From NCBI GenBank assembly GCA_964649825.1, contig CAZYQW010000032.1, positions 7,877-71,876 of the forward strand: DNA of 64,000 bases, in the 5' to 3' direction. Of this stretch, positions 1 through 9,135 are shown piece after piece. Source of the DNA: an uncultured Phycisphaeraceae bacterium. GTDB taxonomy: Bacteria > Planctomycetota > B15-G4 > JADJEK01. The notes under the pieces were generated by a model. The model did not search any database and was not told the DNA's origin. It saw only the letters and a program-made list of their open reading frames with translations. Each line of letters opens with the position of its first letter. The stretch's first letter is position 1. A program made the translations under genes and the position numbers.

Positions 1-1114
1 GGCGCGCCGCGCGCACCAGCACGGGCACGGCGACGGCGGCGAGGGCGACGTCCGCGAGCACGCCGAGGTTCCAGACGCCGTCCTGCACGAGCGGCTGGAT
101 CTCGCCGACCGCGTGGTACCAGATCGGGCCGAGGAGCGGGTCGACGAGCCGAAACGGCGCGGTCCGAAGGTCGGAGATCGGCAGGACCGCCGCGCCGGCG
201 ACGAGCCCGACCCCGGCGAAGAGGACGAGCCGAGCCCGAACCCCGCGACCGCGCACGAACCGGGACCCGAGCACGAGCCCGACCGAGATCGCGGCCAGCG
301 CGAGGAGGAACGGGAGGTGCATCCGCGAGAGACGATCGAACTCCCACGTCGCGTGGCTCACGTGGCCGCGCTCGACGAGGATCTCGAACGACGTCACCCA
401 CGCCGCCGCGAGCCCGGCGATGAACGCCGGCCAGCGCGTGTCGCGCCGGCCGAGGATCCAGCCCGACCAGAGCGCGACCATCACCACGCCGATGACGAGC
501 AGGAACTCGAAGCTGATCCAGAGCCCGATCGCCAGGACGGAGCCGAGGATCACCGCCTCGTTGATCGGCTTGCCGTCGCCGCGCGCGATGCGAAGGGTGA
601 ACGCGATCGCCGCGCAGGCGCAGAGGAGCAGCGCGGCGTGGTGGTCGATCCGCGCCGCGAGCCCGTACGAGAGGATCGCCGGCTGCATGACGAAGAGGAA
701 CGCGAGGGCGCGGCGTCGCCCCGGGCTCCACGCCCCGCGAAGTCCCCACGCGAGGACGAGCGCGGCGAGGAGCATCGCCAGCGGATTCGACACGTGCGAC
801 CACAGGACGAGCGCGGCCCGCCGGTCGAGGAACGTGGCGAGCGGCGCCGCTCCGGCGAGGAGGAGCACGTCGACGGGTCGTGTCCAGTGGAGATCGAGCC
901 GGCCGCCGCCCGCGCGACCGAGCCCGCTCGACGCCCACCCATCGCCCGAGTCCCACCACTCGAGCACCCGCGCCAACCGCGTGTACGGATCCGGACCGAT
1001 CAGCGTGCCGAACGAATAGCCACGTTCGAAGAACGGCGGCACGACCGCGAGCAGGGCCGTCCAAACCACGAGGCCGGGCAGGAACCAGCGGGCGCGCTTG
1101 GGACGATCCTCCAT
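1..1114 (-). CDS. Integral multi-TM membrane protein, partial (continues beyond the window start). Begins MEDRPKRARWFLPGLVVWTALLAVVPPFF... Possibly a GT-C-type glycosyltransferase-like membrane protein. Absent from the ORF track because it has no stop inside the window.
   Basis: Reverse-complement translation of 1-1114 is an uninterrupted hydrophobic, TM-rich reading frame with an ATG at 1114-1112. The track ORFs 113..1195(+), 420..1019(+) and 550..942(-) are low-complexity alternate-frame readings of the same DNA. Confidence 0.55.
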   Translation of the reverse strand, partial: MEDRPKRARWFLPGLVVWTALLAVVPPFFERGYSFGTLIGPDPYTRLARVLEWWDSGDGWASSGLGRAGGGRLDLHWTRPVDVLLLAGAAPLATFLDRRAALVLWSHVSNPLAMLLAALVLAWGLRGAWSPGRRRALAFLFVMQPAILSYGLAARIDHHAALLLCACAAIAFTLRIARGDGKPINEAVILGSVLAIGLWISFEFLLVIGVVMVALWSGWILGRRDTRWPAFIAGLAAAWVTSFEILVERGHVSHATWEFDRLSRMHLPFLLALAAISVGLVLGSRFVRGRGVRARLVLFAGVGLVAGAAVLPISDLRTAPFRLVDPLLGPIWYHAVGEIQPLVQDGVWNLGVLADVALAAVAVPVLVRAAR

Positions 1115-1349
1115 CGGCGAGAGCGTACCTCTCGAGCAATCGGCGGCCGAGGGCCTTGCCTTCGATCGCGAGGCGACCCTGCTCGTCGTCGGTGAGGCGG
1201 ACGCGCTTCTTGCCGCCGTTGATCTCGAGGAAGACCAGGGCCGCGAAGAGGCCCGCGCGTTTGTTGCCGTCGACGAGCGGATGGTTCTTCACGATGGGGA
1301 ACAGGCAGGCCGCCGCCATCGCGAAGCCCATCCGCGGCTGACCGACCAC
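1107..1349 (-). pseudogene. doc: Doc/Fic-family (death-on-curing) toxin remnant. The Fic core ...AAACLFPIVKNHPLVDGNKRAGLFAALVFLEINGG... is present. The N-terminal ~50 aa expected for Doc are absent and there is no in-frame stop at the expected C-terminus.
   Basis: Minus-strand translation downstream of the antitoxin gives the HxFxDGNKR Fic/Doc signature. The only candidate starts are GTG (~1349) or ATG (~1331), ~14 codons before the motif. The frame then stays open through ~550, overlapping the neighbouring membrane-protein gene. A (GAGGGA)3 slippage-prone repeat lies between antitoxin and toxin. Confidence 0.45.
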
Positions 1350-1370
1350 CGAGTCGAGGAGGCCGAGGTC

Positions 1371-1391
1371 GGGAGAGGGAGAGGGAGAAGG
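1371..1391. repeat. GAGGGA x3 hexanucleotide tandem repeat (encodes PSPSPSP on the minus strand) between the antitoxin stop and the Doc remnant.
   Basis: Direct reading: gggagagggagagggagaagg. Confidence 0.6.
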
Positions 1392-1404
1392 ACTCGGCTA
1401 CGAA

Positions 1405-1650
1405 CTACTCGGCGAGGCGCTTGAACGTCCTTGCGTAGCGGGTGCGGACCTTCTGCCGCGCGTCCTGGAGCCTCTTGGCGCGCTTCGGATCCCGAACGGG
1501 ACGGACGAGGAGCACGTCGCCGCGGACCTCCAGCTCGAGAGGCTGGTCGGGCTCGATCTCGAGGAGGTCCAGGATGGCGCGGTCGAGAAACAGGGCGTAG
1601 CCGTTGCCGACCTTGCGGAGGGTCTTGATCATGATGGACCTCGCGTTCAT
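1405..1650 (-). CDS. AbrB/MazE/SpoVT-family DNA-binding protein, a type II antitoxin-like partner of the Doc remnant. An internal start MIKTLRKVGNGYAL (ATG ~1632) is more likely than the ORF-track start.
   Basis: The sequence MIKTLRKVGNGYALFLDRAILDLLEIEPDQPLELEVRGDVLLVRP matches the swapped-hairpin AbrB/MazE fold signature (KVGNSYAL-type). It lies immediately upstream of the Doc-like ORF on the same strand. Confidence 0.7.
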   Translation of the reverse strand: MNARSIMIKTLRKVGNGYALFLDRAILDLLEIEPDQPLELEVRGDVLLVRPVRDPKRAKRLQDARQKVRTRYARTFKRLAE

Positions 1651-1908
1651 CCGATGGTCCTACAGCCCCGCCGAGCGGGCTCGCCGCGAGGCTCGGGCCG
1701 GCGGGGCGCCGTCCCGACCGCGCGGAGGCGTGTCCTGCGCCCCGCTCGCGCCCGACGCGACCCACTCACCCTGGACCGATGATCACGCCCCGGTCTGGCG
1801 CTGGCTAAAGAGCCCGCGCCGGACCTTCGGCGCCGCGCCGGCGCGGTCGAGCGCGGCGCGCGACAACGCGATCCACCCGACCGCACCGGCGATCCGCGAC
1901 CGCCGTCG

Positions 1909-3207
1909 TCAGAGCGAATCGATCGTGAACGAGCAGCCCTCGGTCGCGTCGACCGCGACGAGGCTCGAGTTCAAGAACAGCCACTGCGTGAAGACGTTCA
2001 ACCCGGTCGGCACGGCGGCCGGGATCGGCAGCGGGATCGCCACGCACCCCGGCGCCGACGGCCCGAGCACGAGGATGAAGCCGGGCGGCGACGGATCGAC
2101 CCAGATCGACGTGCCGAGCCCGAACACGGGCCCGCAGAAGTAGCCGGGGCCGGGGACGCTCGTGTTCACGAGCAGCACCGTGAGCGTGCCCGCCGGCGCG
2201 CCCGAGTACTCGAGGCCGAACGTCGCGCTCGGCGTCGTCGACGCCCCGAACGTGCCGCAGCGCGCCGTCACGCGGTTCGTGCCGTACGTGATCCCGTGCG
2301 ACGCGAACGCGAGCCCGTTCAACGGCGCGGGCGTCGGTGAGCAGGTGATCGGCGAGTAGAACGTCGGCGCGGCGATGGCGCCGGCCACGTCGATCGCCTC
2401 GATGGCGAAGCCGTCCGTCACGAAGAGCGCGGGCCGCCCGGGCGAGAGGATGCGACCCGACCCGGTGTCGAACGCGATCCCCTGGAGCACCGTGCCGAGC
2501 CCGCAGGCGGGGACCGGGAACGACGCGCCGGCCACGCAGGTCGGCAGCGCGATGTTCGTCACGGTGCCGGAGTCGTCGCACGCCCACAGGCTCGCGCTGA
2601 GCGGATCGATGGTGAGGTCGGTCAAGAGGACGCCGGGTGGAACCGGTGCGAGGCACGGCCCGAACGCCAGCACCGCTCCGGCCGCGCTGCACGGCGGCGG
2701 CGGCGGGAGCAGCCCGGCGATGAGCCGGCCGTCGGTGATGTACAGCGTCGGAAAGCCGCCCGTGGCGAAGCCGAACTCGTCGAACCCCATGCCGGTGATC
2801 GGGCCGAAGCCGGCTCCGAGGAGGACGGTCGGAATGCTGAAGAGATCGAGCGGCGTGCATCCGGGTGGAACGCCGCACGGCGTGTCGCCGACGTACACGC
2901 CGATGAGCTTGCCGTCGGTGACGTACACCGCGTCCCGCATCGAGTCGTACGCGACGTCGCCGAGGATGCCGGGCGGCGGCGCGCCGGGCCCCGGCCCGAA
3001 GACGCCGCACATCGGCACGGTGAACGGGCACGCGGTCACGATCGGGTTCGGGGCCCCGCACGCCCCGCCGGGCGCGGCGGTGAACTCCCACAGGAGCCCG
3101 CCTCCCGCGTCGTTGCCGTAGAACGTCTGGCCGAAGAGCGGCGACGCGAACGTCGACGACAGCGCGAGAACGCCAAGGACCAGTCCACGCGAAGAGCACT
3201 GCGACAT
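1909..3207 (-). CDS. Secreted Gly/Pro/Cys-rich repeat protein. Signal peptide MSQCSSRGLVLGVLALSSTFASP. The C-terminus (...IPLPIPAAVPTGLNVFTQWLFLNSS...) is a divergent copy of the shared ~100-aa module described in the findings.
   Basis: The 649-aa track ORF contains an internal ATG at 3207 preceded by GGAGGAG, and the N-terminal signal peptide starts there. The ORF upstream of that ATG is Arg-rich junk. Confidence 0.7.
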   Translation of the reverse strand: MSQCSSRGLVLGVLALSSTFASPLFGQTFYGNDAGGGLLWEFTAAPGGACGAPNPIVTACPFTVPMCGVFGPGPGAPPPGILGDVAYDSMRDAVYVTDGKLIGVYVGDTPCGVPPGCTPLDLFSIPTVLLGAGFGPITGMGFDEFGFATGGFPTLYITDGRLIAGLLPPPPPCSAAGAVLAFGPCLAPVPPGVLLTDLTIDPLSASLWACDDSGTVTNIALPTCVAGASFPVPACGLGTVLQGIAFDTGSGRILSPGRPALFVTDGFAIEAIDVAGAIAAPTFYSPITCSPTPAPLNGLAFASHGITYGTNRVTARCGTFGASTTPSATFGLEYSGAPAGTLTVLLVNTSVPGPGYFCGPVFGLGTSIWVDPSPPGFILVLGPSAPGCVAIPLPIPAAVPTGLNVFTQWLFLNSSLVAVDATEGCSFTIDSL

Positions 3208-3415
3208 GATGATCTCCTCCATCCGGGATGGGTTCCGGAGGGGCCGAACGACGCCGCGTATTCTACCGTCGCCCCCGCGCGCAACAGGGTCGCGGCCGCG
3301 ATGGCCCGCCGCGCCGCGTTCGACGTAGTTCCCGGGAACGGGCCGGCCGGACGCCGCGACCGCCCGATCGGAACCCGGGGGACGACGATCCGAACCGGCG
3401 ACGCAACCCTCCAAC

Positions 3416-3505
3416 GGGGTGGGCCGGATGGCGGGGGTGGCCGGGGTGGCCCGCGTTGGCGGGGTGACCGGGGTGACCCGCGTCGCCGGGGTGACCCGCG
3501 TGGCC
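3416..3505. repeat. 9-bp tandem repeat array, ~10 units alternating GGGGTGRCC and CGCGTYGSC, in the 5' non-coding region of the 1909..3207 gene.
   Basis: Direct reading: ggggtggccggggtggcccgcgttggcggggtgaccggggtgacccgcgtcgccggggtgacccgcgtggcc. Confidence 0.6.
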
Positions 3506-4020
3506 GAGGACATGATCGACGCAACCGTCGCGTTTCCGGCCTTCCTCGCGTCACCGCGGATCCCGACGCCCTCGGCGGGGACCCTTGCGCCCGTGGCAGG
3601 TGCTCGAGCGTGCGAAGGCCGGTGTGGCTCGCGTCGAACCCCTCGTGGGACGGAGGTGCGGCAGGACGATCCGACGATCCGGAGCCCGAGCCCGAGCCCG
3701 AGGACGTCCACGACGTGCTTCCGTACGCCGCGGCGACGCGGAGCGATCACGTCGTGCCGCTCGAAGCTCGAAGCGCCGGTGCATGACGAGGCTCCGGCTC
3801 GCGATGGGGCATGGCGCCGTCGCCGTGATCGGCCATCGGGCTCGCTCGGGGAGCGCATCCTCGGCGACGTCCTCGATGCCCGCCGGCGAGCCGGTGGCGC
3901 CCGGGATGCGTCGAAGAACGGTCGCGTCGCGAACCCCCGCCGCGCCCGGGCTCCGCGACGGCGCTTCGCTCGTCCCTCGCGGCGCCGCGCTCCGCCGCCT
4001 GGAACCGGGAGTCCGGGGGC

Positions 4021-4893
4021 CTACCGGCCCACCGGACTGACCCGCCCCTGACCTCGGGCGAGGCGGAACCCGATGCACGAGTTGCGGTAGCCGGGGTCGA
4101 TCGCGAAGCGGAACGCCGACCGGCAGTACCTCGCGCGATCGAGCCACGAGCCGCCGCGAAGCACCCGTGACGAGCCTTCGAGCGAGAATCGCAGGTCCTT
4201 CCCTTCATCCAACACATCCACCCGATCCGAACACCACTCCCACACATTCCCATGCATCTCGCGCAACCCCCAATCGTTCGAGGGCAGCGTGCCAACGTCG
4301 ACCGTCGCTTCGCGGTACAGGCCCTTCTTGCCGCGCCCGTACGGGCGGTTCCCGTCGTAGTTCACCTGCTCCGTCGTGATCGTTCCGCCGAACGAGAACG
4401 GCGTCGTCGTGCCAGCGCGGCACGCGTATTCCCATTCCTCGTCGCTCGGCAGGCGGAGACTCAATCCGTCGACTTGCTCGTTCACGCGCTCGATGAACTG
4501 GACGGCGTCGTCCCAGCTCACGTTCTCGACCGGATGCTGCGGGCCACGAAACTCGCTCGGGTTCTCGCCCGTCACCGCCTCCCAAAGCGCCTGCGTGACC
4601 GTCGTCTCGCCGAGCCAGAGGCCTTCCGCGATCACGACGCGGCGCTGCACCTCGTCGGCGTATCGCCCCACCTCGTCCTCCGGCGATCCGATCGTGAAGA
4701 CGCCGGGCGGGATCCAGCGCAGCCGATGATCGACCCCCGCCACGCGGAACGCCGCGAAGATGCCGTGGCGATCCTGTCCCCACGCGCGCGCCCACGCGGG
4801 CGCATGGCCCGAGACCAGGGGATGGCGGACCCGCGTCTTCACGGCGGCGAAGGCACCGCGAAGAAGAGCGCCGGCGAGCGTTCGACCGGGCAT
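4021..4893 (-). CDS. Stand-alone FGE-sulfatase / SUMF1-family (formylglycine-generating-enzyme-like) domain protein, 290 aa.
   Basis: Motifs WIPPG.F.MGS, HPV..VSW.DA..F, EW.CRAGT.TPF..G, HGNVWEWC.D and [16 protein letters not shown]....PG.R....GFRLARGQ are present. Confidence 0.8.
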   Translation of the reverse strand: MPGRTLAGALLRGAFAAVKTRVRHPLVSGHAPAWARAWGQDRHGIFAAFRVAGVDHRLRWIPPGVFTIGSPEDEVGRYADEVQRRVVIAEGLWLGETTVTQALWEAVTGENPSEFRGPQHPVENVSWDDAVQFIERVNEQVDGLSLRLPSDEEWEYACRAGTTTPFSFGGTITTEQVNYDGNRPYGRGKKGLYREATVDVGTLPSNDWGLREMHGNVWEWCSDRVDVLDEGKDLRFSLEGSSRVLRGGSWLDRARYCRSAFRFAIDPGYRNSCIGFRLARGQGRVSPVGR

Positions 4894-4986
4894 CCGCTCA
4901 TCGGTCTACCCGCACGCCGGCGTCCGCTTTCTTTTCGTCGCACCGGCGAGCGGCGCGAGCCGGATGAGGGTCGGGTCAGGGGCGGG

Positions 4987-5130
4987 TCATCCAACCCTCT
5001 CCTGCGCTCGGGCGAGGCGGAACCCGATGTTCGAGTTGCGGTTGCCGGGGTCGTTCGCGTTGCGGTACGCCGACCGGCAGTTCCTCGCGTTCGCGTTCCA
5101 CGAGCCGCCGCGAAGCACCCGTTGCGAGCC
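4987..5130 (-). pseudogene. Orphan C-terminal fragment of an FGE-sulfatase domain (...[45 protein letters not shown]). It has no N-terminal catalytic part and is out of frame with the upstream small ORF.
   Basis: Only the last ~45 residues of the domain are encoded. The DNA is a near-copy of the 3' ends of the other FGE domains in the cluster. Confidence 0.5.
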
Positions 5131-5432
5131 TTCGTGACCCTCACCTTGCGCAGGTCGCGCAGCCGCGCGTAGACCGCGAACTCGGGCTCGCTCAGCTTCT
5201 CGCGGTAGTCGACCCTCGGCCTCCTCCCGGCCGCCCCGAACGACGGCGGCGCCGCCGCCGCCCTCGTCGTCGCGTCGACGGTCGTGACGGCGAGGAGCCA
5301 GTGGCTGCACTCGCCCTGCGCGACGAACTGGCGATCGACGGTCGAGACGCGATGGTTGGCGAGGAACGCGTTCAGCTCGGCCTCGGCCTCGGCCGGCTCG
5401 AACGCGGGGATGGTGAAGAAGCGGACGCGCAT
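5131..5432 (-). CDS. Small hypothetical protein ([51 protein letters not shown]...). The true C-terminus is unclear because the track ORF reads through the FGE fragment in an alternate frame.
   Basis: ATG at 5432, 5 nt downstream of the stop of the 1232-aa gene, with a codon-biased frame. The 3' part of track ORF 4839..5492 ([16 protein letters not shown]...) is the alternate-frame reading of the FGE repeat DNA. Confidence 0.35.
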
Positions 5433-5436
5433 CGGA

Positions 5437-8400
5437 TCACTTCCGGCGTTTGCGGCGGCGTGAAGAAGGCTTCGCGGGCGCCTCCGGCGCACGCCGGGAC
5501 TCCGCAGCGGCGCTCGCTCGTCCCTCGCGGCGCCGTGCTCCGTCCTGTTCTCGTTCTTGGCTGGATTCCTGACCCGCCCCCTGACCTCGGGCGAGGCGGA
5601 ACCCGATGCTCGAGTTGCGGGCGCCGGGGGCGTTCGCGAGGCGGGACGCCGACCGGCAGATCCTCGCGAGATCGTTCCACGAGCCGCCGCGAAGCACCCG
5701 CCTCGAGCCCTCGGTCGGATTGCGCACGATCTCTCTCCCCGTCCAGTCCACGCGATCCACGCACCACTCCCAGACGTTCCCGATCATGTCGTACAGGCCG
5801 AACCCGTTCGGAGCCTTCCGAGCCACGGGATGGGTTCCCGCGCGCTTGTGATCGTACTGCTTCTTCGGCCAACCCCGGGAGTCCTCTCCATCCTCGAGCT
5901 CGAAGTCGACCCCGCTGTTCCCGCCGTACCAGGCGATGTCGTCGAGCACCGGATCGTCGTTATCGCCGCGGATCTCGAGCTCGCCCGCATACGTGCTCGT
6001 CGTCGTCCCCGCCCGGCAGGCGTACTCCCAATCGCGCTCGGCCGGCAGATGGCAACGCAATCCCGATGCCTTCGCGACCTTCTCGAAGAACGCCTTCGTG
6101 TCGTCCCAGGTCACCTGTTCGACCGGTCGCGTCGCCGAACGGAAACGGCTCGGGTTCTTGCCCATCACCGCCTGCCAAAGCTCCTGCGTGCACGGCGTCT
6201 CGCCGAGCCAGAAACCGGAGGGAACGATCTCCTCGCGGTGGTGCTCCCAGTCGTACCGCCCCACCTCCCCCTCCGGCGACCCCATCCAGAACCGCCCCGG
6301 CGGGATCCAGCGCATGCGGAACGACACGTCGTTCACCTCGATCTCCACCCAGAGGCCGAACCGGTCGCGGCCGATCGCGCGCGCCCACTCGGGCTTCGTG
6401 ATCGTGCCGGCATGCCAGTCGCCTTGGTCGGTCGCGATCGTGAAGCGACGCGCGACCCGGATCTCGGCGACCGGCGCGGACTCCGCGACGGCGCTCGCTC
6501 GTCCCTCGCGGCGCCGTGCTCCGTCCGGGCCGGTCGCCGGATCCGGCTCCCGACCTGGACCGGACTGCCCCTGACCTCGGGCGAGGCGGAACCCGATGCT
6601 CGAGATGCGGTCGCCGGGGGCGCTCGCGCTGCGGTACGCCGACCGGCAGAACCACGCGGACGCGAACCACGAGCCGCCGCGAAGCACCCGCTCCGAGCCT
6701 CTGGACGGCCCGGTCGGATCGACGGCCCGACCCGGCCCGTACTCGCCGAACCAATCCTGGCACCACTCCCACACGTTCCCGTGCATCTCGAACAGTCCCC
6801 ACGCGTTCGGCGGCAGCGATCCCACGCCCACCGTATGTTCCCGATACCGCCCCTTCGGGCCGTTCGCGTACGGGAAGTTCCCGTCGTAGTTCACGTCGTC
6901 GGGAGTCACGTTCGCGCCGAACGAGAACGGCGTCGTCGTGCCGGCGCGGCAGGCGCGGCAGGCGAACTCCCACTCGGCCTCGGTCGGCAGCCGCAGCTCG
7001 AGATCGGGGATCTCGCAGTTCACGGTCTGCACGAGACGCTGCGCGTCGTCCCAGCTCACCGAGTCGACCGGGCGCTGCGGACCCTTGAAGCGGCTCGGGT
7101 TCTTGTCCATCACCACTTGCCACAGCTCCTGCGTGACCGCGGTGTCGGCGATCCAGTAGCCGCGCGTCAGCGTGACCTCGTGCTGCGTTTCGTCGTCCCA
7201 CCGTTCCGCTTCGTCCTCCGGCGATCCCATCAGGAACGTCCCCGGCTCGATCCAGCGCATGCGCATGCGTACCCCGCGGATCTCGCAATCGGCCCAGATG
7301 CCGAACTCGTCCGCGCCCGACGCTACCGCCCACGAGGGCGTCGTCGACTCCACCCCGCGGTCGTCGAGCTTCGGGAGGGCGAGCGCTCTCGCCGCGTCGA
7401 TCGCCAGGCGCTGCGACGGCGCGCCGGCATCGTGGAGCACGAGCTCCGCGCCCGCCGCGGTGACGATCGCCAGCGCCGAGTCCTGCTCCTCCTCCAACCC
7501 GGCGCGCGGCACGACGAGACGCGGCGTGATCGTCCCCCCGCGTTGCTCGAGACGCCACGCGCGCGGGGCGGCTCGTTCGGGAGGCGTTGGTCTCCATCCC
7601 GGCGGCGGCTCCGCCGTATCGTCGATCGAGCGTTCGTACTTCTCGAACAGGCGCACGAACACGGGGCCGAACTCGTCGTGCGTCTTCAGCGCGGCCGGAA
7701 CGCGCACGCCGACTCGCCGCGACCAGTCGCCGAGGCCGGAGAGTTGCGGTGCATCTCGGGCCGCGACCCGGTTCAGGAACTCCAGCGCGGCCCGCACGTG
7801 CTCGGGGCTCGCGACGTCGGGGTCGCAGGCGAAGAGCGACATCGCCTCTTCGTGCTCGATCTCGCGCGGCGCGGCGGCGTGCCACTCGCGCATCAGGTCG
7901 GCGACGGCGCGCCGCTGCGCGAGCGCTTCTGATTTCCGCTCGACGCGAGCGAGCTCCTGCCAGTCGCGGTCGAGCGAGAGCGCGACGGCCGAGCTGCCGC
8001 CGACGGCGTCGTGCTGCCACGCGTCCACTTCGGTCGACGCGTCCGCCTCGTGCACGGTCAGCCGCAGCCGCACGGACCGCAGGAGCCCGGGCTCGACGCG
8101 CACGGCCGGCGCGAGCAGCCGCAAGAGCCGCAACGCGCGCAACTCGCGCTCGTCGAACGAGATGTCGTCGCCGTCCGATCGATCCCAGACCTGCGCGTTC
8201 CAGAGGTCGCGCGCGAAGCCAGGCCAGCGCGGGGTCGGGGCGGGGATCAGCGCGTGCAGGCGATGCCCGCGGCGCGCGAGCTCTTCGCCCCGGCGCCGCC
8301 ACGCGGCCTGCACGATCGGGCCGGCGTACGCGCCGAGGTCGCCGAGGAGGAGGACGGGGACGTGCGGCGGGGGCGGCCGCGGCGCTCCGCCCTCAGCGCC

Positions 8401-9135
8401 GCGCCCGAGCGGCGCGCCCACCGCGCCGCGCCCGAGCGGCGCGCTCTCCGGGCCGGCGAGGTACGACCACTCGACGAGCGCGCGGTCGCCGAGGAGGCGC
8501 GCGAGCCGCGCGCGGAGGTCGTCCTGATCGTCGTAGAACGGAGTCAGCCGGGGATCGCGGTCGGCGAGGATCCAGACGCGCGGCGCGAGCCCGCGGTCCT
8601 TGCGGCGCGGGATGCGGCGGATCAGCTCGCCGCGGCTCCAGCGATCGACGAGCGCGAGGACGTCGATCTCGCTCTTGTCGCGCGTGCGCGACAGCGCTCG
8701 GCGCAGCCACGTCCAGAGGCGCGGCCACGCGAGGAGCGGCGGCGTAGCGGGCGGCCGCGCCGCGCGCGGCGTGCTGTCCGAGGCGCCGTAGATCGGCTCG
8801 GGCGGACGCGGCGCGGGGATCTCGCGCGGAGCGAAGCCGTAGACGACGTGGAACGGCAGCTCCTCGGGAACGTACTCCGGCTCGACGTCGGGAACGTCGC
8901 GCGCCTCGCGCTCGCCGCGCGGCGCGCCGGCCGGCACCGGCTTCCGATGTTCCGGGGGAGCCGGCCGCGCCTCGAACCCGAGCAAGCGCGCCGCGTCGCC
9001 GAACGCGTCGCCGGTGGCGTCGATCGATACGTCGCGGGACGGGTCCCTGGACGCGTCCGCGAGATCGAGCGCGCGCACGAGATCGGCCCGTCCGAGCGTG
9101 CCATGACCCGCGAAGCTCCGCCCGCGAACGGTCAT
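5437..9135 (-). CDS. 1232-aa protein. The N-terminal ~640 aa are unassigned (possible degenerate vWA-like or effector-associated region, not verifiable by eye). Two tandem FGE-sulfatase/SUMF1 domains follow (aa ~640-890 and ~930-1200). It is the third gene of the TIR-AAA operon.
   Basis: Two full sets of FGE motifs are present: WI.PG.F.MGSPE...W, ..VSW.DA, EWE.ACRAGTTT, HGNVWEWC and RVLRGGSW....CRSA.R....PG.R.SSIGFRLARGQG. The start ATG overlaps the AAA gene stop (ATGA at 9132-9135). Confidence 0.85.
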   Translation of the reverse strand: MTVRGRSFAGHGTLGRADLVRALDLADASRDPSRDVSIDATGDAFGDAARLLGFEARPAPPEHRKPVPAGAPRGEREARDVPDVEPEYVPEELPFHVVYGFAPREIPAPRPPEPIYGASDSTPRAARPPATPPLLAWPRLWTWLRRALSRTRDKSEIDVLALVDRWSRGELIRRIPRRKDRGLAPRVWILADRDPRLTPFYDDQDDLRARLARLLGDRALVEWSYLAGPESAPLGRGAVGAPLGRGAEGGAPRPPPPHVPVLLLGDLGAYAGPIVQAAWRRRGEELARRGHRLHALIPAPTPRWPGFARDLWNAQVWDRSDGDDISFDERELRALRLLRLLAPAVRVEPGLLRSVRLRLTVHEADASTEVDAWQHDAVGGSSAVALSLDRDWQELARVERKSEALAQRRAVADLMREWHAAAPREIEHEEAMSLFACDPDVASPEHVRAALEFLNRVAARDAPQLSGLGDWSRRVGVRVPAALKTHDEFGPVFVRLFEKYERSIDDTAEPPPGWRPTPPERAAPRAWRLEQRGGTITPRLVVPRAGLEEEQDSALAIVTAAGAELVLHDAGAPSQRLAIDAARALALPKLDDRGVESTTPSWAVASGADEFGIWADCEIRGVRMRMRWIEPGTFLMGSPEDEAERWDDETQHEVTLTRGYWIADTAVTQELWQVVMDKNPSRFKGPQRPVDSVSWDDAQRLVQTVNCEIPDLELRLPTEAEWEFACRACRAGTTTPFSFGANVTPDDVNYDGNFPYANGPKGRYREHTVGVGSLPPNAWGLFEMHGNVWEWCQDWFGEYGPGRAVDPTGPSRGSERVLRGGSWFASAWFCRSAYRSASAPGDRISSIGFRLARGQGQSGPGREPDPATGPDGARRREGRASAVAESAPVAEIRVARRFTIATDQGDWHAGTITKPEWARAIGRDRFGLWVEIEVNDVSFRMRWIPPGRFWMGSPEGEVGRYDWEHHREEIVPSGFWLGETPCTQELWQAVMGKNPSRFRSATRPVEQVTWDDTKAFFEKVAKASGLRCHLPAERDWEYACRAGTTTSTYAGELEIRGDNDDPVLDDIAWYGGNSGVDFELEDGEDSRGWPKKQYDHKRAGTHPVARKAPNGFGLYDMIGNVWEWCVDRVDWTGREIVRNPTEGSRRVLRGGSWNDLARICRSASRLANAPGARNSSIGFRLARGQGAGQESSQEREQDGARRREGRASAAAESRRAPEAPAKPSSRRRKRRK

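Noticed and set aside
1805-3858. 464-aa minus-strand ORF and the N-terminal 217 aa of the 649-aa ORF.
   Set aside because: Alternate-frame or upstream readthrough of the secreted-protein gene. Arg-rich, with no start context. The real gene begins at the internal ATG 3207, which has an RBS and a signal peptide.
3747-5492. ORFs 3747..4295(-), 4252..5172(+) and the 3' half of 4839..5492(-).
   Set aside because: They read through the conserved FGE nucleotide repeat in a non-FGE frame ([11 protein letters not shown]...). This explains why they stay open, and they are not independent genes.
5557-8527. Very long ORFs (791 aa plus-strand, 780 aa minus-strand alternate frame, 451 aa) overlapping the 1232-aa FGE gene.
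   Set aside because: They are Arg/Ala/Pro/Gly-rich low-complexity translations with no motifs. They are antisense or out-of-frame to a gene with clear domain signatures; typical high-GC open-frame artefacts.
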